A stretch of DNA of 48,755 bases, the filler included, from Bipalium vagum (taxonomy: Eukaryota): NCBI GenBank assembly GCA_037834085.1. It is 2 parts of 2 records of this genome, joined end to end, with 100 filler letters (N's around TTAATTAATTAA, not from the genome) between each part and the next. Parts side by side here need not be neighbours in the genome. Positions count along the whole stretch, not along the records: positions 1 to 26,928 come from JBBMKC010116588.1; positions 27,029 to 48,755 come from JBBMKC010232726.1. One strand, written 5' to 3'. This document shows, in pieces, positions 22,401 through 34,448 of this stretch. The notes beneath the pieces are model-generated. The model was not told the DNA's origin and made no database searches. It saw nothing but the letters and a program-made list of their open reading frames with translations. Position 1 is the stretch's first letter, and the number at the start of each line of letters is the position of its first letter. A program made the position numbers and the translations under genes.

Positions 22401-25400
22401 GATTTAGTGTTTCTAGAAATATGTAAATTTTAATAATATTATATCATATCAACATTAACAGGCTAAGAGGATTAATTATAATTACACTTATAAAAATTGT
22501 GCCCTTAAAATTACACTTGTAAATGTTCAGCTTCTAGAGGCAGAATGTTTACAATATATCGAAATCCTTCTGCAAAGTATTCATTTTGAATTAAAGTGTA
22601 AACGGTGATGGAAAATAGGTGTGGTATGAAAACTCTAAAGGAGTCATGGACAATGTTTAGTGACCATCATCATCGAAAGTACGAAGATTGACTTATAGAA
22701 GTAAAGTATTCCTATGTATCTGGTCGATACGAACAAGAAATTTGTACTATGACTTTCTGAAACCACACGAAACTGTAACTGGTGAACGGTATCAACAACA
22801 ATTACTTGACTCCTAGAGCATAAGTTCCAAGAGACTAAAAATTTCTCAAAAGGTTCAATTCGAGTGAAATAAACTTTAAAAATACTCGGTCTGGAGATCG
22901 TACCCTTCCGACGTACTCATTAGACATCGAACTATCGGACTTCCACTTTTTCTCTACAAGCAATTTTAACTTCCTGAGCACACATTTAAATCTTACGATT
23001 ACATAAAATTTAGATTGATCTGCGGATTATCTCAAAGGATCAAAATTTCCTCGACCGCAGAATCCATTAATTACATTGATTCATATGTAATAAGTGTTTC
23101 ATTATTTTTAAATGATTTAGTAAATTTAAAATAAAAAGAAAAAATATTTTGCTATACATATTTGTTAAACACTATCAAACTATACAGGCTTGATAAAATT
23201 TAATAAGGATAATATTCGAACAAAATTTTTTACTCTTTCTATTAAGCAGAAAATACTTTAAAATCTATTTATAAGTTGAATTATGATAATTAGCTATCCT
23301 GTTGTCGCTTAAAATAACATTTAAACTAACTATTATGTTGTACATTAGACTGTATCGTTTTTATAGAAATATTTTATTACCAAAAATGATTAAAGTAATT
23401 AAACTAACTTTTGAATATTGTTTAAATGACGTAATTATAATAAAATATTATTTTTCAAATTTTTCAACCATGAAAACAAAACAGATTTTTAACACATTAT
23501 AGTTTCCTATTTTCTCTCTAGCAAACGTGGGTCGTGGAAATCAGAAAATATATATTGAGACTTCAGTTGGAAGACCTGAAAACTCATCTGCATCAGTTCT
23601 TCAACCAGAAATCTCAGATTTTATGAATAATTCAATCAAACCAATAGCCTTTTGATTAGAAGTACTTTCAATAAAATTGTTCTTCAATTTTTGAGTCCGC
23701 GAAAAATAAAATATGTAACAAATAAGTCCATTAGATTTAAAACTAGTATTATCCAATTTGATGCTTTGCTTCAGTACTCAAACCATTTAGATTTATTTTT
23801 ATTCGCTATTCATATTTATGCTTAAATTTCGTAATTTTTTGTCTATTTGTATTTTGTTAAAAGAATTTAGAATTTTGCATAACTTTTTAAATTCTGAACC
23901 ATATATAAGAAAAATTATATTTGCATCAATCAATATTTGTTGGTTCAGTAATTTTAGATAACTATCATTATGTTTCGAATCTTATTTATATATGTCAGAA
24001 AGACCTTGTTTACTAAGGCAGATTACCAAATGATCTTGTGAATCACTACGAGAATGTATTTATAGTCAGAGATGGTTTCCAAGAATTTGAGAATATCTGT
24101 GCACAATTTGATATCATCAAGAATGACTCTGAGTTCCAAAGTTATCATTATCATAAGACAGTAGGCGGTGTTGTTACTATTATTTGGCAAAACGCCGGAC
24201 TGAAAAATAGAAGATCGTTGTTATGTGGTTTTAACAAGGAATTATGGTTTTTCTTAGTTATTTTAAAGTTTGAAAAATGGTTACAGAGGAAACCATTATT
24301 TAATTGTTAAATTTATATTTATAATAAACACTGTAGAGAAACTTACTTTGATATACCATCAGAATTTTCACTATAAAATAACATTAATAAAAATTCTCTC
24401 TCGAAATATTGAGGTGGATCCCACCGTAATGCTATTGAGGTGCAGGTTACTGCAGTAGAGCGAAAATTGGATGGTTTCGAAGGAAGTGGTAGGGTTTTAA
24501 GATTTAGTTTGATTGTTTCATTGGTCAGTGAAATATTTTTTCCTTAAAAATTAAATTGAGATTTACGGTGAAAGAAATACATTACCTTCGATTTGTCTAT
24601 TAACCAATCCTTTCAATTCAACTATGTATTCTGTATCAGGATCAAGATCATCTAAAATTATCTCGGAATCTAATATTTAAAAATGACATTTAGTCAGGTA
24701 AAATGTAAAAATAATAATTCACCTGTTGTTGTCTTGGTTTTATTATTAGATGGATCACCAATAAAATAGTTCCAAGTGATTTGATAGAGTTCTGGTGAGA
24801 TAAAATGTGACTTCTTTTTAGTTACTTTAGGAATGAAATAAAAGGTTAATAAAATTATGTTTATAATATTCTAAAAATATTAAATCTTAGAAAAGCTTAA
24901 TAAAAACTTTTCAAATGAAATTTGCATTAAATGATTAGGTTGTATGACATTTATAAGCAATTAAAAATTGTATTTTTACAAATAATAATGAAAAATCAAT
25001 CGATTTGATTTAAATAGGTAATCGCCCTTGCAACGAATAGTTGATTAGTGTTTGACAAGATTTTGAGCTGCAATTTTTAAACGCTTTCCTTAATTTTTTC
25101 GTTCAGTCAATATGGCACACAATCACTCAGTTTTTGACTATATTAATTTGATTCTACGTGACAGAGAACTGTAACGTGGTTGCTCTTAATACTTTATGAC
25201 CGCCGTTCTCTTTCACGATTGGGAGCTTTCAGTAATAATTGAAATTGGATGGCCAACCGGTATGTGGAGTATGTAATAGGCTAAATGTTCCATTTTCGAA
25301 ATTCTTAATAATATTTTGCAACGGTCCAAGTATAAGAAACATGTTTTCCTGACATATTACAGATTTCTTGAACCCCTTCTGCGACTTTCTAAGCTCCATT

Positions 25401-26046
25401 AAAATGAAATAGCAATATATACTGACAATGTTTTGTTAAACTCTGCTCTGTATTTCAAAGATATTAAATTTAAATAAAATGAGATTGTTTGTATACTATT
25501 TCAGAACAGAAAAAGATCTTTCAAATAAATGTATTTTTTATTAAATAACTGATACCGTTAAACAAAATCACGAAAAATAACGTTAAACCTATTTTTTTAA
25601 AAAATAAATTTTAAATGAATAAAACTGGTTTTAATAATCATTCGAATGACAATTACAGCTGTATTGTAAAATTTGGGAAGAGAAAATGTTTTTAATATTA
25701 TATTTTAGAGATATAATAATGTAGACGACATAATCACAAAAATAATTTGTCTGTGAAAAGAAAATAACTTTATTAAAATAATAATTTCCATTCTTAAAAG
25801 ATACTAGTTTTTCTAATATCAGTTCGCATTTAAGAAATAAGACCTTATAACTTATCTTTAAGATTGTATGAATTAGTTTGAGATCTGGTCACGGAATTAA
25901 GTAAGAATAATTATAACCTTCCTTCCATTTCAGTTTTGCACTAAGTCCATTTACTGATTCCACTTCAAAAATAGATGGGACATCAACGAGATTAGTATAA
26001 TGGACTATTAATTTTGAACAAGGAAGTTTTGCATAATCCGCGAATT
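16447..26046 (-). CDS. Multi-fibronectin type III (FN3) domain protein, 5'-incomplete (9 exons, about 720 codons)
   Basis: Minus-strand exons 25918-26046, 24723-24824, 24586-24669, 24347-24542, 22154-22412, 19580-20199, 17921-18247, 17687-17879, 16447-16701. All introns GT-AG, phases consistent, 2165 nt with no internal stop. Repeated FN3 signatures: LDDLDPDTEYIVEL, PSKPSNFRSTAVTCTSIALRWDPP, NNLLENIEYELRL, PPTDILAENTYLDKIEIKW, SNLIPATLFRIDV, PSPPQHV..IYINWQKP, TNLKENHYYTFQV, PGPPRSP..IKVEW. The last exon could alternatively splice onward at a GT near 16464. Confidence 0.85.
16845..17667 (-). mobile_element. pogo-superfamily (POGK/Passer-like) transposon, 5' part, decayed, inside the last FN3-gene intron
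   Basis: Left end TA|CCATATTTTCAGGTGTTTAA (CCGTATTTT-type TIR). ATG at 17486 gives MEIKKTRNKRKSYTTSTKLKAIEYAKTHSNRKVGKMYGCDE*SIKEW (Brinker-type HTH), later FDIPAIRTVSKGGVKTVLIATTGNEGTSFT (start of DDE_1). Stops and frameshifts. Confidence 0.85.
18541..18689. mobile_element. MITE / foldback element, about 150 bp
   Basis: Inverted repeats AGTATATAAATGGATATTCACGC (from 18544) and GCGTGACTATCCATTTATATACT (to 18686), 22/23 complementary; non-coding. Confidence 0.75.
20346..21242 (+). mobile_element. Solo-LTR-like element
   Basis: Termini TGTTG...CAACA. The 5' end TGTTGGGTTTACCCAAGACA closely matches TGTTGGGTTTGCCAAAGACA at 27374. No ORF; TSD not evident. Confidence 0.45.
22540..23080 (+). mobile_element. 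Decayed mariner (mauritiana-like) relic in an FN3-gene intron
   Basis: VNGDGK*VWYEN (cf. VTGDEKW), VFLCIW, FLKPHETVTGERYQQQL, TYSLDIELSDFHFF (cf. YSPDIAPSDYHLF). Confidence 0.8.
25020..25440 (-). mobile_element. mariner N-terminal (HTH) relic
   Basis: VAEGVQEICNMSG, NFENGTFSLLHTPHTGWPSNFN (cf. F.NG.F.L.D.PRSGRP), KLSDCVPY*L (cf. WVPHEL). Confidence 0.65.
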
Positions 26047-26299
26047 CTATAAAAGATATTATATGATAATGTACAAATCGTCTATTTCCTAAAATTAACT
26101 TTAAATCGTATATATTATGGTATTGTTTGTACATCAGAGTTATTTGTAAAACTATTTAAATATACATTAAGCAAAAATATGAACCAAAAGTCATACAATA
26201 GTTTCAAATTCAATATAAAGGGTTCGTTATATTGTGATATCAATCCTTCATATTCAATTATAGCTTGGAATTTTGTTTCATAATTAGGACCATGTTACA

Positions 26300-26460
26300 A
26301 CTTAAATCAATTTTTATGTTTATATGGTGAAACTAGGAATAATTTATCTTCATTTTTTTTCTGGACTGAGATGGAAAAACAATTTTCTATTGGATTTTCA
26401 CCAGGACAATAAGCAACCTAGTCTAAAGCTGTCATACTCCATCGTCTAGGTAGAAATCCA
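26300..26460 (-). mobile_element. Possible IS630/Tc1-like DDE fragment
   Basis: AYCPGENPIENCFS resembles PYSPELNPIE..FS; the surrounding sequence is not interpretable. Confidence 0.35.
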
Positions 26461-26859
26461 ACAAAAGATAACAGAATTTCACAGGTTCGGTTGATTGTCC
26501 TTTAAAAATATGGAAGAATATATTATACTTTCTGAATAATATATCTTCGCCTAGTCTTCTAACTGTAGAAATCTTCTTAATATTCAAAACTTCGCTTCTT
26601 GTTCAAAAGTCTTCTTAATATACAGAATGTCTTTGCAAAGCTCTTCTAATGCAAACAAAATAACAGTTTTTTGGTTTTCTAGGAAAATTGCCTTGATTTA
26701 CCACTCTTTATATTCAAGATTGCCAAATATCCGTTATTCGAGTAATGGCGAATTGATGGGAAAACTTTCCCAAAAATAATACTGAATTTGTCTGAGTGGT
26801 CCAGACATAGCCACAAATCAGGAAATTCAGTGAGTCAATAAAACTTTTAAAATTTTAAA

Positions 26860-26862
<3 letters not shown>

Positions 26863-26928
<66 letters not shown>
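26863..26928. repeat. (ATT)n microsatellite at contig end
   Basis: About 22 perfect units running into the N gap. Confidence 0.97.
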
Positions 26929-27028
26929 NNNNNNNNNNNNNNNNNNNNNNNNNNNNNNNNNNNNNNNNNNNNTTAATTAATTAANNNNNNNNNNNNNNNN
27001 NNNNNNNNNNNNNNNNNNNNNNNNNNNN
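26929..27028. other. Assembly gap with artificial six-frame-stop spacer
   Basis: 44 N + TTAATTAATTAA (26973-26984) + 44 N = exactly 100 nt. Confidence 0.95.
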
Positions 27029-27110
27029 GATTAAAACTGTTTTTATCAATAAAAATTTATGGTTTTCATTTCTTCTTAAAAAGCGCACGAACTTAGTTGC
27101 CAACCAAATA
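27029..27110 (+). mobile_element. mariner 3' terminus (polyA signal + TIR) at contig start
   Basis: AATAAA followed by AAAAAGCGCACGAACTTAGTTGCCAACCAAATA, a typical mariner right end. Confidence 0.6.
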
Positions 27111-27371
27111 AATATAAAAATAGGATTTTTATAATCTAAAATAAACATAACTAGTTAGAGAGTATCAAATTTTGTAAATGAATTTATAAATTAGAATATT
27201 TGTATATAAGTATAAAGTATCAAATTTATATAAATTAGAATGATGACTATAATAATAAAATTATAGTTCATGAAATAAGGTAAATAATTAATATCTTCCT
27301 ATGATAAAGTTTTATTATGATCTTTGTCAGAATTATTAGAAAATGAATAATAAATAGTTGTGACCATTGAT

Positions 27372-27411
27372 TGTGTTGGGTTTGCCAAAGACACAAACCG
27401 TGTTGATTGTG

Positions 27412-27459
<48 letters not shown>

Positions 27460-28311
27460 TTAATACAGAATTGTTAATAATAATATTAATTAAAAAAAAC
27501 TCAAATTTTTGAAAAAATTACAAAAAAAATCGAAAATTAGATTTTAATATATTAGGGTAATTTAAATTTAAATTAAGAGACATATCTCGTCGTAGGGATG
27601 ATAAATTGTTGTTATTTTGAAATTTTCCATAACTTTATCTCGAAATGCAGATAAAGTTAGGATTTATGGGCTATTGAAGGAAATAGCAATCTCAAAGCGT
27701 AGGGATTTGTGATCGTAGACCAATCTCTACGACTATATAAAGAGACGGCTATTCCCAGAAATTTACCGAGAAAAAAGATTCGGTTATTTGATTTGAAGAA
27801 TTTGCAAGATTTGAGAATCATTGGAAACCAGAGACTTAAACGAGGATTTCTACGACAGACGAATTCAAAGGATCTCAGTAATTTTAATTTTCAATGATCA
27901 GGACTATGCAAGAGGATTAACCAAAGGGATCCAGCGAGTTTTGAAATTCCTAGGTGACCCGAGGACCCCTTGTCGCTCCTGGTGAGGCTCTTTATCGATT
28001 TCTTTTTGTTTTTCATTTGTAATTATTAACTAATTTCATTGAAAGTCATAATATTTTCTTTAATTATAAATTGTTTTCAGTATTTATTCGTTTCCATATT
28101 ATATTATATTTTTATTCATTTGTTGAAATTTTGCGCACAGTGGAACATTTAGACTTTGTGCTTATTAGATATTCGACTAATATTGATTCTGTGAGTGATT
28201 GAGATTTCTGTGAAACGTTGCAATTTTGCGTATTAATAAAGTTTTATTGTGATTGTTTTTGATTCAATTGAGTTTACAATTTTTTTTAACAGTAAAAGAG
28301 TAGCAAACACA
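27372..28311 (+). mobile_element. Solo-LTR-like element
   Basis: Termini TGTGTT...AACACA; central TATA-like CTATATAAAG (about 27734); AATAAA about 28235; 5' end similar to the element at 20346. Right boundary uncertain; no TSD. Confidence 0.45.
27412..27458. repeat. (AAT)n microsatellite
   Basis: About 15 tandem units. Confidence 0.95.
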
Positions 28312-28982
28312 AAATTGTTAAGTGAAGAGTTGTTGATTGAGAGTTAAAGTTACTTGAAAAGGTATAATAGTAACAATTGTGAATTCCAGTAGATGTCAAT
28401 AGCGGGAAAAACGACTGGAAGTATATAGAGTAAAACTCAAATTGCGATATTTGATAACCATTTTTTTACATTAGTTTTTGCAGAACAGGAATTTTAATGA
28501 TGATTTTTAAGTGACGACACTTTAGTTGGTTCCTCCATCTAATATGAGCTAAAAAAGTGAGAGCTCGGTTTTTTCTTATACCTTCTGAAGTAAGTAACAT
28601 AGACCGCCGGTCACGTTCTATCGGTAAGCGAGAGTGCGCGGAAGGAAACTTTTCCCTGAACACCATATTTCAAAGTGACCATCACCTTTGAAAGAGAGTT
28701 CACTACTCAAATCCCTGTAATAGCTCTACCGACATCAATCATTGTGATTATCTAGATTAATGGACTAAAAAGATTATCCTTCTAATCACCAAAATCATAA
28801 TTAATGAAAACAACAACAATTACAATATTAATATATATTACAATATAGTGCAATTAATTATAAAAAAATTCAAAAACTTCCAAATTTTAACCCCCACACA
28901 TCAACTCATACGACAACTCCAATAACTCCTGCTAAAACTTAAATTTTCTTTGCCACGATATGCTTATTGATAAAATATATCT

Positions 28983-29985
28983 AATGGGTGTTCAATAAGA
29001 TTTCCTAATAATGTAAAGGCTAAATAAAAGTTTATAACGTTGTGATGAATGATAAATGTAGTTACCATGTTAAGCAACGCTTTTTATAGATTCAATTGAT
29101 TTATATTTAATTTGTGATATTAATCAAAAATATAAAATAATGACTAAAGAACACGAATTTTTAAGAAAACGTGTGTAAAAATTTTATGATTAATCATAGA
29201 ATTAGTAAAAAGCATACTATTTTGCAGTTTTCACAAGAAAATGTCCCAAAGCAAAAAATTTTATTTTTACGCAGCTACGATAATAATTTAAAAACATATA
29301 GAAGGCAAGAAAATCGTTATTAAGCTAAAAAGATCACGATTTGAGAACTAAATCATATCAAATCTGATGTTTCAATTTGTTGCACGGCTAGAAAATTTAA
29401 TTTTTCGAAATCATATTTTCATAAAACATACAAAGAACATAAGAAAATATAAACAAACGAACGGAAACTGAACAATCTCAAGCAAAGCAGATATGTGATC
29501 GACTGTACAGGATACTTTCCAAAAAAATGTTTATTCTTCATGATGAGACTTATTTCACTTTATCAAATCCAAACATGTTAGAAAATGATGGATAGTAATA
29601 TACCAGCATCATTGAAACTGTGCCGTATTGGTGTAAAATTTTGATGAAAATCAATATTTGAATAAAAAAATGGTCTGCATACCCATTTTTTCTGATGGTC
29701 TCAGCAGACCTGCAATTCGGAAATCAGATTTGCGATAAACTTAGAAATCTATAAAAATGATTGTACCAAGCATTGTTTACTTCCATATATCAAGAATAAT
29801 TGCGAAAAAGACGAAATTCACATTTCTAAGATATCTTTAAGTAAAACGGTATGAATTATGTTAAAAATTGAAAAAAAAATCCTGCTAAAACTCCAGAAAT
29901 ACATATTATCCAGGATTTTTTATGGTTCTAAAATACATGTGTATAGACAAAGTGGATAAGCTACAACTACTGATAAACTTACATT
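28983..29985 (+). mobile_element. Decayed ITm DD37E-like transposon
   Basis: TIR-like GGGTGTTCAATAAGATTTCC; MTKEHEFLRKRV, ILQFSQENVPK, FILHDETYFTLS, CLLPYIKNN, NPAKTPEIHIIQDFY (cf. NPxNxPExRPIEDFW); many stops. Confidence 0.7.
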
Positions 29986-30200
29986 TTGAAATTTTATGTT
30001 CTAATATTGGATAAAGCTGCAAAGGTATACCAATTTTCATTGAAAGCGAAGGTTACAAGTATAGTTTCTTACCAGCTTTTTCACCATTTCTCAACCATAT
30101 CGAAAATATACTTAGCGAATGGAAAGAATATGTTAAGCGTGAAAGTTCAGAAAATGAAAAAACACTGAAGGTGTTATAATAACTATTTGAGTTTAGTTTT
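29986..30200 (+). mobile_element. IS630-like/Tc1 DD34E C-terminal fragment
   Basis: VLILDKAA, then ESEGYKYSFLPAFSPFLNHIENILSEWKEYVKRE (cf. FLPPYSPFLNPIE..FS.WK..V). Confidence 0.8.
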
Positions 30201-31009
30201 TGGAGATGAATTTAAAGTTTTAAATTGAAATTAGTTTTAATAAAGCTGAAATTTAATGGAAAACCATGTACTAATTCGATTAAATATTGCCTTCGAAAAT
30301 TGGACCAAGTTGTAGATAAGCCAGCTAGTAACACGTTACAGCAGATGCACGATTCCCTTTGTGATCGACCGAGTTCCACAAAGCCCAGTCGTATTGAATA
30401 AGAAAGATTTGTACCATTTGTTAAATTAATTCGTAATAAAAATTCTGTTTTCAAAATTGAACTCAATTTTCTATTTTTCCCCAGTTCTGCGAGTAGTTTG
30501 TGGCTTACGTTATCCGGAACAATCTTCAGATTTTTAAAAATGCTAAGGTACATAATATTGACTTAAAAGTAATTGATTATTAATGGCTTCATAAGGTAGA
30601 AAGTTTTATTATAGGCAACATCTCTTTAGGGCAAAGTTAACGAATTTGGTTCATTAAACCTTTAAGGATCATTAGTTTTCCGTTTACTTTGACAACTGCA
30701 GTGGTTTAGAAAATATTTTATTTTTATAATTACTGATTCGTTATTTTTGTTTATTAATGAAGATATTATTAAGACTATTATTATTGTAATTATTATCTTA
30801 GTGAAACCTAAAACAGTAAAGAACAAACTAATTGCTACTATAATACATATATTTTCCACGAATTAATCAAAAAGATAACAAGATCAACCAATTCATAAAC
30901 ATAAAAAATAAAATCAAAATCCAGGCAATCGAATTGGAAAATAAATTTTTAATTAAATAAAAATTCTAGTTTTAACTACATTATGATTTAATAACACCAA
31001 GTAAAAATT

Positions 31010-31440
31010 TTTTCCTTCGCCACGGTAACCTCTCATCCTAAAGTGGCCGTCATTTATTAATAACTAAAAATGATGAGATACCATTGGTCACTCCAATGAA
31101 ATGTTTTTCTTCACACCAGTTTAGTTTTGCAGCTTTATGATGTGATCTCAATGTTAAACATCGCTTTGAATAGTTTGAGCGCAGACCAATACTATTCAAT
31201 CTTTGATATGTTGTAATAAAGATATGCATTTTTCTAAGGTTCCTTTTCCAATTTGCCAATATTTGTATACGGCATAAATCTTTTTCTAAAAGCTCGGAGA
31301 TGAAATTATGTACAATTGTACTTCGCACTATGTATCTAGTAATATATGTGAATGTCTTTGTTCAGATCTGGTAATTTCTTTAAAACTTTTCCCATCTTCT
31401 TGAAGGCCTACTATTCAAACTCCTTCAAAGTCCATTAGTT
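31010..31440 (-). mobile_element. Tc1-like N-terminal relic
   Basis: MDFEGV*IVGLQEDGKSFKEI (HTH), IGLRSNYSKRCLTLRSHHKAAKLNWC, HWSDQWYLIIFS, DGHFRMRGYRGE. Confidence 0.75.
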
Positions 31441-33459
31441 TGATTGTTAAATATAGTATTAGAACTTCTTATCATTAATGAATTATTTACTTACCTTTTT
31501 AAATGATGTGTATACAATAATGTATATATCTGATTAAATAACATATGAATAATTCCGATGAAATTCATTAAAATAATAAGTTTTGCGTTCTTATTAAGAA
31601 TTGTTAATATTGTAATATTAACCAGCAACGCTTATCTTCCTCAATATCTTTTATCATGGTTAAGTTTTACCATAATCCTAATAGTAAAAATATAAAATTT
31701 AACAATCCTGAAATGTATTAATCGATTTATTAAATCAAATAACTAAACAAGCAATCAAAAATAAAACAATATCTCACAATCAGTAATCAACTCAAATTAA
31801 ATAGAATTCATAAGGTGACTGTACTCCGTTAAGATAAAGTTAACACCTTATCGTTCGCGCGTTTTAATCAACTTCGAACAATATTTCATATCAACAAAAA
31901 TACTAATAAAGAAAAGGTAATAATTAAAGTCAACTCAAGCAACTATAAAATAATGTCAATGGATTATAACAATGAATAAATAAGACAACTGAAAATATAA
32001 CGGTGACTACTCAAACTTTTCATTTTATCTTTATTTTATCACCATTCTTGGCGAATCACTTATAAATTTGCTTTTTAAAATCTGTTTCCCAGAAAATGTC
32101 CCTTAAGTCTGCTTTCAAAAATTACCTTTTTAGGAATTTTCTTCAAACCACCTTTTGTTAAAATTTTGAATATTAACCAAGCGTATAATTTATCTGACTT
32201 CAAAAATCTAATGGTTGTGTTTGAAACTAAAAGTTCAAGACTATTCAATTGATAAATAACACAACAGCGATGACCAAATTAATATGGTCTCAGGAGATAT
32301 CCATATTTATTATTAATAAAAAATGTCTTCATAAGCTCCTGATAAACTTGTTTATTTCAATATATCACGATGACTCTATGATTGGCTAAAACCAATTAAT
32401 TAACACTCAATCAATAATGAAAAGTGGAAAAGCAAAGAATGCACATTTAAATTAAAATTGACTTCATATCATTCTTATATGAATTAATGAAAATTAAAAG
32501 ACTTAAAAGAAACAAAATAAAAATAAAACAGACATCTAAGCTATTAAAGATCTACTAAAGGACCCTAGTGAACCTTTCAGAATCTGGTAGAGGACAAATG
32601 TCAAATGTATTCATCATAATGTTAAACAAGAAGTATCATGAAATTAAACTGACTCCCATTCCATAAGGCGGTGCAATTTATAAAAATTAGTCAAGCCAAC
32701 TCTTGAATTTTGATCACAATGTACAAATGGTACTCGCAAAATAATAAGGATAACACTTTATCAAATTGAATAAAAAATAGCAATGATAGCAATCACCAAA
32801 TTGTCAAATAGGTAAGAGGTTAACATTAACAAATTGCTTAATTAAACAGTCACACAATCCGTCAATAATCAAATTAAAAAAAAACAACAGTTAAAGTAAT
32901 AAATAAAAAACAGATAAAAATACCTAATGAAATGACTACTGTCGAGATACCCGAACTATCAGCTGAGCCATCACAGTTGCTTAGAGATAGATCTCTGATG
33001 GAAAACCCGAGTACAATCCCAAGGAAAAATTCATAATCATACTTTATTTTCTTTTTTAACAATATCAACAATCCTCCAAAATAATAACAATCTTCTCGAA
33101 TAACAATAAACAAGTATTCTCGGAAAGCTACGAGGGTTTCCTTTTTTTGCTGTTCTAACAACGAAAATTATTCCCTTTATATACAATTTTGCTATGGTTT
33201 TTGAATATAAGTATTGCAATTGAATTATTTACCCTTTAAATTTTCTTAAATTATCATTAACACTTATTATCTTTGAAAAACTATTTTCCAAAACGTAAAT
33301 TATCTTTAAAATCTCTTTAATTATTTTTCTTATCATAAATATTAATTATTAATTGTTATTATTATTCGAACTCTTTTCTAGCGGACCCAATAAGCGAGAG
33401 CTGCTTTTTGTTATACCTTTTAAGAAATAATTAATTTGTCAGATGAGGAATTATAGGCA

Positions 33460-33830
33460 TTATAAATGCTATTGTGTCTGTTCACACAGCCGTCGATATG
33501 AAATTTAGCATAATAAATCAACAGTATGAAGTATAGATTTGCATGAAATGCAATGTCTACACCGCTTTTTCAAATTTTTCATATGAAAAACCATATTCAT
33601 TGGACAGCCGTCTAACTGATATGTTCGGGTTTCCTTTCAACAATTGATTAATCTTTTCATCCAAAAATCTCCCATTCTTGCCAGGAGTATACATTTTTGG
33701 TGCATCCAAGACAGTTCATGTTTATAGGAAATTTTTAAATATTGTGTTGTTCATTAGTATACTTAGTGGATCTGTATTCATTGTCCCTTTTCATATTATT
33801 TAAATTGTTTTGGGAGTTAAATTCATATTC
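33460..33830 (-). mobile_element. DD41D (rosa-like) transposase relic
   Basis: NPNISVRRLSNEYG and KFHIDGCVNRHNS (cf. FHLxGxVNRHN); internally deleted. Confidence 0.55.
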
Positions 33831-34172
33831 CAATTCAACGTTTTTGACTCGCTCTTCATTGCTAAGTCTGTCAATGCCCGATAATTTATGTATTATTTGA
33901 AATGAAATTACTTATATTTATTTTTAAATATTACATGTTAATCTACAAGTGTCAATAGTTCAGCCAAACAAAACTAAATTGTTATAAAACCGACATGAAA
34001 CCCGCAAAAATGCTACCTTCATATTTCACGAAATATCAATCAACAGATATTTACGAGATAAAGAGAAACCAATCACATTATCTAAGAAGAGCTTATTAGC
34101 AGTAATTAAGGAAATATGTAGATACAATCACAGGTTGATTTAAATAAACTCGATGAACCATGAACACTATCT

Positions 34173-34448
34173 ATTATTAAGGAAGTTAGATTGTAGCTTG
34201 TATTATATAGTTTACTTTACCATTAGGGTAGGAAGAATTAAAAAGATACAATTGTTTAAAAAACGTCGTAAGTAAATTGATGTAGAAAATTTATATTTAA
34301 ATCATTTTTGATAATAGTTGTGCACTGTTATAACAATAAAGATTATTGTTGTTCAAACTAATTTTGCTACACCACTTATTATTAAGGGAGTTAGATTGTA
34401 GCTTGTATTATATCGTTAACTTTACCAGTAGAGTATGAAGAATTAAAA
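34173..34448. repeat. Two direct copies of an approximately 70-bp unit, 205 bp apart
   Basis: ATTATTAAGGRAGTTAGATTGTAGCTTGTATTATAT...TTTACCA.TAG.GTA.GAAGAATTAAAA at 34173 and 34378. Confidence 0.85.

Noticed and set aside
26973-26984. TTAATTAATTAA as a biological palindrome or piggyBac target site
   Set aside because: It is centred in exactly 100 nt of N padding, so it is an assembly artefact.
30212-30553. 113-aa ORF as a gene
   Set aside because: No domain, no splice-supported partner exons, and it sits between TE relics; probably repeat-derived or chance.
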